Source: an uncultured Actinomycetes bacterium
GTDB lineage: Bacteria; Actinomycetota; UBA4738; HRBIN12
Assembly: GCA_963704885.1 (NCBI GenBank)
Contig: CAVPIB010000001.1
Coordinates: 960,001 to 1,024,000, forward strand
Length of the DNA: 64,000 nucleotides
Direction: 5' to 3'
This document shows positions 26,273-35,534 of the stretch, one piece after another. Within the stretch, counting starts at the first letter, position 1. Every line of letters starts with the position of its first letter. The notes under the pieces are model-generated. The model was not told the DNA's origin. It was given only the letters and a program-made list of their open reading frames with translations, and searched no databases. A program made the position numbers and the translations under genes.

Positions 26273-28963
26273 TTGGTACTGGACAAGATCGCGAACCTCG
26301 GCGAAGGCCGGAAACGCAAGAACCTGGAGTCGCTCGCGCAGCTGGTGCTGACGTATGAGCCGGAGTTCGAGGAGCTCACGGACGATGAGCTCGGCGGCAA
26401 GACCTCGGAGTTCCGCCAGCGCGTCGAGAACGGCGAAGATCTGGACGACCTGCTTCCCGAGGCGTTCGCCGCCGCCCGTGAAGCCTCCAAGCGCTCGACC
26501 GGGAAGCGCCACTTCGACGTTCAGGTCATGGGCGCCGCCGCGCTGCACCAAGGCAACATCGCCGAGATGAAGACCGGCGAGGGCAAGACGCTCGCGGCCA
26601 CCATGCCCGCGTACCTGAACTCGCTCACGGGCAAGGGCGTCCACATCGTCACCGTGAACGACTTCCTGGCCAAGCGCGACTCGGAATGGATGGGACCGAT
26701 CTACCGATCCCTCGATGTGCATGTGGGCCTGATCCAGTCGGCGATGTCGCCCGCCGAGCGGCGACCCGCCTACGCGGCGCCCATCACTTACGGCACCAAC
26801 AACGAGTTCGGGTTCGACTACCTGCGCGACAACATGGCCATGCGGATCGACGACTGCGTCCAGCACGGGTATCAGTACGCGATCGTCGACGAGGTCGACT
26901 CGATACTGATCGATGAGGCCCGTACCCCACTGATCATCAGCGGCATGGTGGCCGACAGTGCCAAGTGGTATCAGACGTTCGCCCGGATCGCGCCGCGCCT
27001 GAAGCGCGACGAGGACTACGAGGTTGAGGAGTCCAAGTACCAGGTAGCCGTGACGGAGTCCGGCGTGGCCAAGGTGGAGGAGATGCTCGGCATCGAGAAC
27101 CTCTACGAGCACGTCAACACGCCCCTCGTGCACCACATGCAGAACTCGTTGCGAGCCAAGGAGCTCTATAAGCGCGACGTGGCCTACGTGGTCCAGGACG
27201 GAGAGGTGAAGATCGTCGATGAGTTCACCGGGCGAGTGCTGGAGGGCCGGCGCTACTCGGAGGGTCTGCACCAGGCGATCGAGGCGAAGGAGGGTGTCCG
27301 GATCAAAGAGGAGAACCAGACGCTCGCCACGATCACCATCCAGAACTACTTCAAGATGTACGACAAGCTCTCGGGCATGACCGGAACCGCCAAGACGCAG
27401 CAGACCGAGTTCGAAGCGACGTACAAGATCGGCGTGGTGGAGATCCCCACCAACCGCGACATGGTCCGAAAGGACAACCAAGACGGGATCTTCAAGAACG
27501 AGGAAGCCAAGTGGAACGCCGTCGTCGAGGACATCGTCGAGCGGAACGCCGCCGGCCAGCCCATCCTGGTGGGCACGGTCTCCATCGAGACGTCCGAACT
27601 GCTCTCGGGCAAGTTGAACCGGCGGGGTGTGCAGCACCACGTCCTGAACGCCAAGAACCACGAGAAGGAGGCCATGATCGTGGCTCAGGCGGGTCGCAAG
27701 GGCGCGGTCACGGTCGCGACGAACATGGCGGGCCGCGGCGTGGACATCCTGCTCGGCGGCAACCCCGAGTACCTGGCTCGCCAGGAGATGGCCGCCCGCG
27801 AATGGGACAACGACGCCTACCTCATGTTCGAGATGCAGGAGGAGGATCGTGAGGCCTACGAGGCCGAGTACGAGCCGATCCTGGAGAAGTTCGAGGCTCA
27901 GACCAACGCCGAACATGACGAGGTGGTCGGGTTGGGCGGCCTGTACGTCTTGGGCACCGAGCGGCATGAGTCGCGCCGGATCGACAACCAGCTCCGGGGT
28001 CGGTCGGGACGTCAGGGTGACCCCGGGGAGTCGGCGTTCTACCTCTCGCTCGAAGACGACCTGATGCGGTTGTTCGCAAGCGATCGCGTGGCCTCGATCA
28101 TGGAGCGGCTGAAGTGGCCCGACGACGAGCCCATCACCGCGAAGATGGTGACCAAGGCGGTCGAGAACGCCCAGAAACAGATCGAGGAGCTCAACTACGA
28201 GCGCCGCAAGAACGTTCTGAAGTACGACGACGTCATGAACCACCAGCGCGAGGTGATCTACGGCGAGCGCCGCCGGATCCTCGAGGGCCAGGACTTCGGG
28301 GAACAGGCGCGCGACATGGTGGAGCAAGTGGTGGCCGACACGGTGGAGCAGTACTGCTCCGCAGAGGTGTTCCCGGAGGAGTGGGACCTGGACGCGGTCC
28401 TGGTGGCGGAGACCGAGATCTTCCCGGTCGCGTCTACGAAGGCCGTCATCGAGAGCGTCCGCGAGCTGCCGGATCTTCAGGCGCTGTTCGTGGAGGAGGC
28501 GCTGGCGGCCTACGACGCGAAGGAGGCGACCATGACCACCCCGGTCATGCGCGACCTCGAGCGCGTCGTCCTGTTGAATATCACGGACACGAAGTGGCGC
28601 GAGCACCTCTACGAGATGGACTATCTGCAGGAGGGGATCCACCTGCGCTCATACGCGCAGAAGGACCCACTGACCGAGTATCAACGCGAGGCGTTCGACA
28701 TGTTCTCGGAATTGACGGATTCCATCCGCGAGGACTTCGCCCGCTACATCTACCGGGTGGAGTTCGTGCGGCCCGAGGCACAGCAGGCACGGCCGCAGCG
28801 CGTCTCGGACAACCGCGCCGAGGTCGAGAGCGGGGGAGCGGCTGAGAGCGCCACCCCCGCCGGCAATCCCCAGCAGGCGATCAGCGACAAGGTGCCGCGG
28901 AACGCCCCGTGCCCCTGCGGCTCGGGTAGGAAGTTCAAGAAGTGCCATGGAGCCGCGGTCTAG
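26273..28963 (+). CDS. secA: Preprotein translocase ATPase SecA
   Basis: [37 protein letters not shown]-terminal [13 protein letters not shown]; TTG start chosen from SD GGAAAGG. Confidence 0.97.
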   Translation: MVLDKIANLGEGRKRKNLESLAQLVLTYEPEFEELTDDELGGKTSEFRQRVENGEDLDDLLPEAFAAAREASKRSTGKRHFDVQVMGAAALHQGNIAEMKTGEGKTLAATMPAYLNSLTGKGVHIVTVNDFLAKRDSEWMGPIYRSLDVHVGLIQSAMSPAERRPAYAAPITYGTNNEFGFDYLRDNMAMRIDDCVQHGYQYAIVDEVDSILIDEARTPLIISGMVADSAKWYQTFARIAPRLKRDEDYEVEESKYQVAVTESGVAKVEEMLGIENLYEHVNTPLVHHMQNSLRAKELYKRDVAYVVQDGEVKIVDEFTGRVLEGRRYSEGLHQAIEAKEGVRIKEENQTLATITIQNYFKMYDKLSGMTGTAKTQQTEFEATYKIGVVEIPTNRDMVRKDNQDGIFKNEEAKWNAVVEDIVERNAAGQPILVGTVSIETSELLSGKLNRRGVQHHVLNAKNHEKEAMIVAQAGRKGAVTVATNMAGRGVDILLGGNPEYLARQEMAAREWDNDAYLMFEMQEEDREAYEAEYEPILEKFEAQTNAEHDEVVGLGGLYVLGTERHESRRIDNQLRGRSGRQGDPGESAFYLSLEDDLMRLFASDRVASIMERLKWPDDEPITAKMVTKAVENAQKQIEELNYERRKNVLKYDDVMNHQREVIYGERRRILEGQDFGEQARDMVEQVVADTVEQYCSAEVFPEEWDLDAVLVAETEIFPVASTKAVIESVRELPDLQALFVEEALAAYDAKEATMTTPVMRDLERVVLLNITDTKWREHLYEMDYLQEGIHLRSYAQKDPLTEYQREAFDMFSELTDSIREDFARYIYRVEFVRPEAQQARPQRVSDNRAEVESGGAAESATPAGNPQQAISDKVPRNAPCPCGSGRKFKKCHGAAV

Positions 28964-28976
28964 ACCGCGGCTCCAT
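28947..28976. repeat. Perfect 30-bp spacerless palindrome centred on the secA stop
   Basis: ATGGAGCCGCGGTCT|AGACCGCGGCTCCAT. Confidence 0.85.
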
Positions 28977-28987
28977 CGGGTGGACGA

Positions 28988-29020
28988 GACGGGGGCCGGC
29001 CCGAAGGGCCGGCCCCCGTC
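28988..29020. terminator. Hairpin terminator between secA and the convergent small gene
   Basis: GACGGGGGCCGGCCC-gaa-GGGCCGGCCCCCGTC, 15-bp stem. Confidence 0.7.
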
Positions 29021-29038
29021 GTGCGGAGAGGGGGTACC

Positions 29039-29305
29039 TCACCGGCACTGGTGACAGACGTAGTCCCCGATCGTGATCGGCTGCCGGGCGGGGAGCCTGT
29101 CCGAGGTCCCCACCTTGACGCTTCCGTCGCGACTCAGCTGCTCGAACTTCGCGCCGGCGGGCACGGTGTCTGCGGAGCTAGACCCGCGCGTCATCGCGAA
29201 GAGCGTGACGGCCAGGACGATCGTGAGCAGGATCGCGGCGACCCGTGCTCCGGCCCAGCTGACGCCGACCTGGGTTCCCTGGATGGTTCCGGCCCTCGTG
29301 CTCAT
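29039..29305 (-). CDS. Small single-TM protein ending in VCHQCR
   Basis: SD GAGGAGGAG before ATG; one hydrophobic helix; terminal CxxC. Confidence 0.6.
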   Translation of the reverse strand: MSTRAGTIQGTQVGVSWAGARVAAILLTIVLAVTLFAMTRGSSSADTVPAGAKFEQLSRDGSVKVGTSDRLPARQPITIGDYVCHQCR

Positions 29306-29434
29306 CGTCTCCTCCTCGGTTCCCGTGTCGCCCGGTTGGGCGATCCCACAAGCGCACGGTATCCAGGGGCGCCTGGCCGGTCGGTGGCAGCGCGCACCGT
29401 CGCTGGGTGTCGTTCGTCACCGCTCCTGTTGTGA

Positions 29435-30193
29435 CTACGACGAGGGTGAGACGAACCGGATCAGCTCTTCGCGATCCGAGCCTCCCGACACGCCGAGGGC
29501 GAGGACTATTCCGATCCCTTCCGCGTAGAGCTTGTATTCGAGGATCTTCGGGTGGAGTGGGGTGTACTCCCGGGTCAGGATGACCTCGGAGAAGTGTCCG
29601 TAGGGGACCTCAGCCTGCTCGGTGATGCTCAGTATCGTTGCGGCATCCTCCGCCTCACCGGCGAGATACTCCTGGCGATAGGAGAGCCCAACCTGGGGAT
29701 CCGCGGGCATGACCACGCCCGGCTGGGCGCCGTCCACGCCTGCCTCCCAGGACCCGGCCGTGCTCACGACCACGCCATTCTCGTACTCCTTGGTTTTCTC
29801 GCCCAGGTACCACACGTTCCCGCAGACATCCTGTGCGTACCAGTCGAACGTGTTCTCGACCCACTGCCCGTGCGCGGTCACGAGGTCGTGCACAACCGTG
29901 GCCGTGAGACCCAGGATCTCCTTCGTGCGGGTCGTGACGATCACCTTCACCTTCTTAGTTTCCCCATCAGGATCGGTCTCGCGGTAGATCGACCTGGCGC
30001 CCGGTGTCATGGGCAGGTAGGGGTTGTCGATCCCCTCAACGAAGTCAGCTGGGTCGATGATCACCGGCTCGCTGCCCTGAGGGATCGCGATGGGACAGGT
30101 GCCGGCCGCGGCGACGCCGCCCGGCAGCAAGGAGAGACCGAGCGCCACTACCGCGCCGAGTCCCACCAGCCTGCGTGTCGTCCTGTCGAACAT
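29435..30193 (-). CDS. Secreted beta-rich hypothetical protein
   Basis: SD AGGAGGAGG, signal peptide, IDNPYLP, DWYAQD..GNVWYLGE, YAEGIG. Confidence 0.75.
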   Translation of the reverse strand: MFDRTTRRLVGLGAVVALGLSLLPGGVAAAGTCPIAIPQGSEPVIIDPADFVEGIDNPYLPMTPGARSIYRETDPDGETKKVKVIVTTRTKEILGLTATVVHDLVTAHGQWVENTFDWYAQDVCGNVWYLGEKTKEYENGVVVSTAGSWEAGVDGAQPGVVMPADPQVGLSYRQEYLAGEAEDAATILSITEQAEVPYGHFSEVILTREYTPLHPKILEYKLYAEGIGIVLALGVSGGSDREELIRFVSPSS

Positions 30194-30243
30194 GTCCTTC
30201 CTCCTCCTGGTCGACTGCACAGCCGCAGTCTCGTGGGCGAGTC

Positions 30244-30291
30244 CTGAACGAGGCCTGAATGATCGTGCGAGTTCGTTCAGCGGGGGTTCAG
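30244..30291. promoter_or_regulatory. Two divergent TTCAG-N6-TTCAG boxes (OmpR-type)
   Basis: Minus-strand box 30244-30259; plus-strand box 30276-30291; 11-bp period. Confidence 0.55.
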
Positions 30292-30335
30292 AGACAGGAT
30301 GGATGATGATGTGCTGACCAGAAGGAGGAGATCCC

Positions 30336-31013
30336 ACGCGCGTCCTGGTCGTTGAGGATGAGAAGGGGCTTGCCGCAGGGCTGAAGAGGGGCCTCGAGGC
30401 GGAGGGGTTCGCCACGGACGTCGCCTTCGACGGCACGGATGGTCTGTGGATGGCGCGCGAAAACCCCTACGACGCCATCGTGCTGGACATCATGTTGCCC
30501 GGCGTGAACGGCTACAAGGTGTGCGCCACGCTCCGCTCAGAGGGCGTGTGGACCCCCATCCTGATGCTCACCGCCAAAGACGGTGAGTTCGACGAAGCCG
30601 AGGCGTTGGACACGGGCGCGGACGACTACGTGACGAAGCCGTTCTCGTACCTGGTGTTGGTCGCCAGGTTGCGTGCGGTGATCAGGCGCGGTGCCGGCGA
30701 GCGACCGGCCGTGCTGGAAGCCGGGGATCTCCGGTACGACCCCGGGGGGCGCCGGACCTGGAGGGCCGAGGTCCAGGTGGATCTGACCGCGCGGGAGATG
30801 GCGCTCCTGGAGTTCCTGCTCCGACACAAGGGTGAGGTGGTGTCCAAGCGGGAGATCCTGGAGCACGTCTGGGACTACGACTTCGAGGGCGATCCGAACA
30901 TCGTGGAGGTCTACGTGGGGCATCTGCGAAACAAGCTCGATCGGCCCTTCGGGCGCGCCGCGCTCGAGACCGTGCGCGGCGTCGGCTACCGACTAGCGGC
31001 CGACGGCGGCTGA
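30336..31013 (+). CDS. OmpR family response regulator (apparent ACG start)
   Basis: SD AGGAGGAG then ACG-RVLVVEDE; LDIMLP, GADDYVTKPF, NIVEVYV..LRNK, ETVRGVGY. Confidence 0.9.
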   Translation, partial: TRVLVVEDEKGLAAGLKRGLEAEGFATDVAFDGTDGLWMARENPYDAIVLDIMLPGVNGYKVCATLRSEGVWTPILMLTAKDGEFDEAEALDTGADDYVTKPFSYLVLVARLRAVIRRGAGERPAVLEAGDLRYDPGGRRTWRAEVQVDLTAREMALLEFLLRHKGEVVSKREILEHVWDYDFEGDPNIVEVYVGHLRNKLDRPFGRAALETVRGVGYRLAADGG

Positions 31014-32347
31014 TGCGCGACCGCATGGGGTCGATCCGGGTCCGCACGACCGCGGTGGCCGTCCTCGTCGTGGGGGTGAGCCTGTTGGTGGCGGCGACCA
31101 TGGTGGTGACCTTCCTCGACCGGTCGCTGCGGGGCCACGTTCGAACCGAAGGCCTGATCCGCGCAGAGGCGATCATGGACGAGCTGGCGGCCGGCGCCAG
31201 CGCCTTCACGCCGGGCGATCCGGATGAGGAGTTCGTCCAGATCCTGGACGCTGACGGGAACGTCGTGATGGCGAGCGTCAACGTGTTGGGCCGACCACCG
31301 ATCGTCCGGATCTCGCCCGGCCAGACGAGCACGATCGAAACGGTACCCTTCGAGGACGAGCCCTTCCTCGCGGTCGCGACCTCCGCGAGCGAAGGCCGTG
31401 GAACGGTGATCGTGGGGCGGAGCCTCGAGGCCCAGGTCGAAGCCAGAGGTGCCGTGATCGTTCTCCTGGGGGTCGCGGTTCCGATCCTGCTCCTGATAGT
31501 CGGCGCGGTGACGTGGTACCTGGTCGGTCGGGCCCTGGCGCCGGTCGATCTCATACGGGCAGAGGTGGAAGCCATCTCCAGCAGCGAGCTCCACCGACGT
31601 GTTCCGGACCCTCCCGGCTCGGACGAGATCGCTCGACTGGCCGCCACGATGAATCGGATGCTGGCGCGCCTGGAGGAGGGTCACCTGCGCCAGCGCCGAT
31701 TCGTTTCCGATGCCTCGCACGAGCTGCGCTCGCCGGTCGCGTCTATCCGCCAGCATGCCGAGGTGGCCCTGCAACATCCGGAGGCTACGGGTACCGACGA
31801 GCTCGCCCGGGCGGTGCTCGACGAAGCCCTCCGCCTGCAGGGGATCGTCGACGACCTGCTGCTCCTCTCGAGCATCGACGAGGGCACGCTGCAGGTTCGT
31901 TCCGGCCCGGTCGACCTGGACGACGTGGTGTTCGAGGAGGTCGCGCGGCTCCGGGGCTCGACCGATCTTCGGGTCGACAGCGAGTCTGTGTCGGCGGCGC
32001 GGGTCGCAGGCGACCGCCAGAAGCTCGAGCGGCTGGTGCGCAACCTGACGGACAACGCAGCCCGTCACGCGCGCGGAACGGTCGCCCTCTCCCTGCGCGA
32101 GGTCGAGGGCGAGGCGATCTTCTCCGTCGAGGACGACGGTGAAGGGGTGGCATCCGAGGATCGCGAACGCATCTTCGAACGCTTCGTCCGACTCGATCAG
32201 GCCCGGGACCGCGACGGGGGAGGGAGCGGTATCGGCCTCGCGATCGTACGCGAGGTGGCCACCCTCCACCGGGGAACGGTCGCCGTCTCGGACGGCGACC
32301 TGGGTGGTGCTCGCTTCGAGGTCCGGCTCCCGCTGCTCACGGACTGA
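31013..32347 (+). CDS. HAMP sensor histidine kinase
   Basis: Two TMs, HAMP, DASHELRSP, NLTDNA, DDGEG, GSGIGL. Confidence 0.93.
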   Translation: MRDRMGSIRVRTTAVAVLVVGVSLLVAATMVVTFLDRSLRGHVRTEGLIRAEAIMDELAAGASAFTPGDPDEEFVQILDADGNVVMASVNVLGRPPIVRISPGQTSTIETVPFEDEPFLAVATSASEGRGTVIVGRSLEAQVEARGAVIVLLGVAVPILLLIVGAVTWYLVGRALAPVDLIRAEVEAISSSELHRRVPDPPGSDEIARLAATMNRMLARLEEGHLRQRRFVSDASHELRSPVASIRQHAEVALQHPEATGTDELARAVLDEALRLQGIVDDLLLLSSIDEGTLQVRSGPVDLDDVVFEEVARLRGSTDLRVDSESVSAARVAGDRQKLERLVRNLTDNAARHARGTVALSLREVEGEAIFSVEDDGEGVASEDRERIFERFVRLDQARDRDGGGSGIGLAIVREVATLHRGTVAVSDGDLGGARFEVRLPLLTD

Positions 32348-32405
32348 CACGAGGCCTCTCACCGTCCGGCGGAGCCGTTCGTCACCGCTGCTACGATGCG
32401 CGCCG

Positions 32406-33522
32406 ATGAGCGACCACACCGAACGTCTCGCCGGCATAGCCGAACGCGTCTCGGCCGCCAAGGAGTTCCTTTGACGTCCAGAGCAAGCGCGCGCAGGTGG
32501 TGGAGCTGGAGCAACAGGCGGCCGAACCGTCGCTCTGGAACGATCCCGAGCGCGCCCGCCAGGTCACGACCAAGCTCGCGCGGCTGAACGCCGAGATCGA
32601 TCGGCACGATGCGCTGCAGCGCCGCGTGGATGATGCGCGCGCCACCGACGAGTTACTGACGGAAGAGGGCTCCGACCCCGAGCTCGAGCGTGAGCTCGCG
32701 GCCTCGGTCGATGCGCTCGAGCGGGACCTGGAGAAGCTGGAGCTGGCCGCGCTCCTGTCCGGCGAGTACGACGACGCCGACGCGATCGCCACCCTGAACG
32801 CGGGGGCGGGAGGCACCGAGTCTCAGGATTGGGCCGCGATGCTTCTACGCATGTACACCCGCTGGGCCGAGCGAGAAGGTTTCGAGGTGGAGCTAGACGA
32901 GATCCACCACGGGGAGGAGGCCGGGATCAAGTCGGCCACCTTCGTGATCCACGGACAGAACACATATGGGCTGTTATCCGCGGAGCGAGGGGTCCACCGC
33001 TTGGTCAGGATCAGCCCGTTCGACGCACAGAAGCGCCGACATACCTCGTTCGCTTCGCTCGACGTGATACCGCTGCTCGATGAGGTCGATGAGGAGGACG
33101 TCGAGATCGACCCGGATGACCTGCGGATCGACGTCTACCGCTCGTCCGGTCCGGGCGGCCAGTCGGTGAACACGACCGATTCGGCAGTGAGGATCACGCA
33201 CCTTCCCACCGGCATCGCAGCAGCCTGCCAGAACGAGCGCTCGCAGCTGCAGAACCGCGCCGTGGCCATGCGCATCCTGAAGGCCCGACTGGCCGAGCTG
33301 GCCCGGCAGGAGCGCGAGGAGAAGATCGGCAACCTCCGCGGCGAGCGAAAGGCCGTGGACTTCGGATCGCAGATCCGCTCTTACGTGCTGGCGCCCTATC
33401 AGATGGTGAAGGACCACCGAACCGAGATGGAGATGGGCGACCCCGCACGGGTCCTGGACGGCGACCTCGATCGCTTCATCGAAGCGGAGCTCCGGCGTCG
33501 CGCGTCGTCCGCGGGATCGTGA
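32406..33522 (+). CDS. prfB: Peptide chain release factor 2 with +1 programmed frameshift
   Basis: AGGAG TTC CTT TGA C at 32461-32475; +1 frame carries SPF and GGQ motifs. Confidence 0.96.
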
Positions 33523-35534
33523 TCGCACCCAAGCGCGCGCTGTTCCTCGCCAGCTTCCTGATGCTCTTCGTGGAGCTCGCGATGATCCGCGGAACGGTCG
33601 CCGCCGTCGTCTACCTGTCTTTCTTCACGAACCTGGTGCTACTGGCGAGCTTCCTGGGGATCGGCGTCGGTTTCCTGCGCGCGCGCGGCGATCGCGATCA
33701 CCTCTCGTGGACGCCGGCCCTGCTCGTCGGTCTGCTGGCGTTCCTGCTGCTCTTCCCAGTGAGGATCGGGCCCGCGGTGGACCGGGTGCCGCAGCTCCTG
33801 GGTCTGGGCCACGTCATGGCGATCCCCGAGTGGGTCTCGGTCCCGGTGATCTTCCTGGCCGTCGTGGCGGTCATGGCTGCGATCGCCGAGCGGGTCGGCA
33901 GGCTGTTCACGGCCTTCGCACCGCTCGATGCCTACCGGCTCGATGTCCTGGGGAGCATCGCCGGCATCGCGGCCTTCTCGGCGTTGTCGTTCCTCTACGC
34001 TGGGCCGCTCGTATGGATCGTGGTCATCGTCGCCGTTCTCACGGCGCTCTTGAGGGCCCAGCTGACCCCGTTCGTGGCTATCAGCCTGGCCGTCCTGGTC
34101 GCGCTGGGGGTGCTGACCTGGCTGGTCCCTCGCGACGTCTGGTCTCCCTACCAGCACGTGACGTACGCGGAGGCCCCGGACGGCAGGGTGGTGATCAGGG
34201 TGAACAACCGGCCACATCAGTCGATGTCGCCGCTCGCCCAGCTGCTCGAGGATCAGCCCTTCTACGGCTATCCCTACACGCACCTCCCCGCCCCACCTCG
34301 CGACGTCCTCATCGTGGGAGCGGGGAGCGGGAACGACGTGGCGCTCGCGTTAGTGAACGGCACCGGCCGCGTGGATGCTGTGGAGATCGACCCGGTCCTG
34401 CAGCGATTGGGACGCCAGATGCATCCCGACCACCCGTATCAGGATCCGCGGGTGATCGTGCATATCGACGACGGCCGCGCGTTCCTGGAGCGTACCGATG
34501 ACCTCTACGACCTGATCCTGTTCGCGTTGCCGGACTCGTTGACGCTCGTCTCTGGGCAGGCCGGGTTGCGCCTGGAGAGCTACCTCTTCACGCTGGAATC
34601 GATGCGGTCCGTTCGCGATCACCTGACCTCTGACGGCGCCTTCTCGATGTACAACTACTACCGGTCCGATGTCTTCGAGCGCTACGCCACCACGCTGAAC
34701 CGGGCGTTCGGTCATGCGCCATGCATCGACCGAGGCGAGCCGGGGGCGCTCACGCGATCGCAATCCGTCCTCACGATAGGTAGGGCTGAGGACGCGATCT
34801 CCTGCGACACCGCATGGGCCGACTCGCGCGTCGCAAGGGAGCCGGCCACCGACGACCACCCATTCCCGTACCTGCGCAGCCGCTCGATCCCTGCCAGCTA
34901 CCTGTTGGTTCTGGCGCTGATCCTTGTCACGTCGCTCGCGCTGGTTCGGATCGCATCCGGTCGTCCCTTACGCGAGATGCGCCCCTACGTCGACCTCTTC
35001 TTCATGGGTGCCGCGTTCCTGTTGTTGGAGACGAAGAACGTGGTGCAGTTCGCGCTCCTCTTCGGAACGACCTGGCTCGTCAACTCGCTCGTCTTCGCCG
35101 GGATCCTCGTGGCCGTGCTGGCCGCCGTGGAGGTTGCGCGCCGGTTCCGGCTCCCGGACCGACGGCTTCTCTACGGGCTGCTGGCGGCGAGCTTGGCGGT
35201 GGCGTATGCCGTGCCGCCGGGCGCGCTGCTCGATCTCGCGATGGTCCCGCGGTTCCTTTCCGCGGTCACGCTCGCGTTCGCCCCGGTGTTCCTGGCGAAC
35301 CTGATCTTCTCGCAGAGGTTCCGCGACGTCGGGGCCTCCACGGTGGCCTTCGGTGCGAACCTGCTCGGCGCGATGGTGGGCGGGGTCCTTGAGTACGGAG
35401 CACTAGTGGTTGGCTACAGGAACCTGCTGATGCTGGCGGCGCTCCTTTACGGGTTGGCGTTCGTCACGGGACGGCGTCACCTGGGTGCGGCCGGCCGTGC
35501 CGGCGGCGCTCCAGCCACGTCGCGATCGGGATAG
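33519..35534 (+). CDS. Membrane-bound spermidine-synthase-like SAM-binding protein
   Basis: TM bundle, VLIVGAGSGND, VEIDP, DDGRAFL, ATDDHPFPY, further TMs. Confidence 0.8.
   Translation: MIAPKRALFLASFLMLFVELAMIRGTVAAVVYLSFFTNLVLLASFLGIGVGFLRARGDRDHLSWTPALLVGLLAFLLLFPVRIGPAVDRVPQLLGLGHVMAIPEWVSVPVIFLAVVAVMAAIAERVGRLFTAFAPLDAYRLDVLGSIAGIAAFSALSFLYAGPLVWIVVIVAVLTALLRAQLTPFVAISLAVLVALGVLTWLVPRDVWSPYQHVTYAEAPDGRVVIRVNNRPHQSMSPLAQLLEDQPFYGYPYTHLPAPPRDVLIVGAGSGNDVALALVNGTGRVDAVEIDPVLQRLGRQMHPDHPYQDPRVIVHIDDGRAFLERTDDLYDLILFALPDSLTLVSGQAGLRLESYLFTLESMRSVRDHLTSDGAFSMYNYYRSDVFERYATTLNRAFGHAPCIDRGEPGALTRSQSVLTIGRAEDAISCDTAWADSRVAREPATDDHPFPYLRSRSIPASYLLVLALILVTSLALVRIASGRPLREMRPYVDLFFMGAAFLLLETKNVVQFALLFGTTWLVNSLVFAGILVAVLAAVEVARRFRLPDRRLLYGLLAASLAVAYAVPPGALLDLAMVPRFLSAVTLAFAPVFLANLIFSQRFRDVGASTVAFGANLLGAMVGGVLEYGALVVGYRNLLMLAALLYGLAFVTGRRHLGAAGRAGGAPATSRSG

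Noticed and set aside
26135-28642. Long antisense ORFs (opposite secA, ahcY, the permease, the kinase and others)
   Set aside because: Shadow ORFs expected from high-GC codon bias; no motifs.
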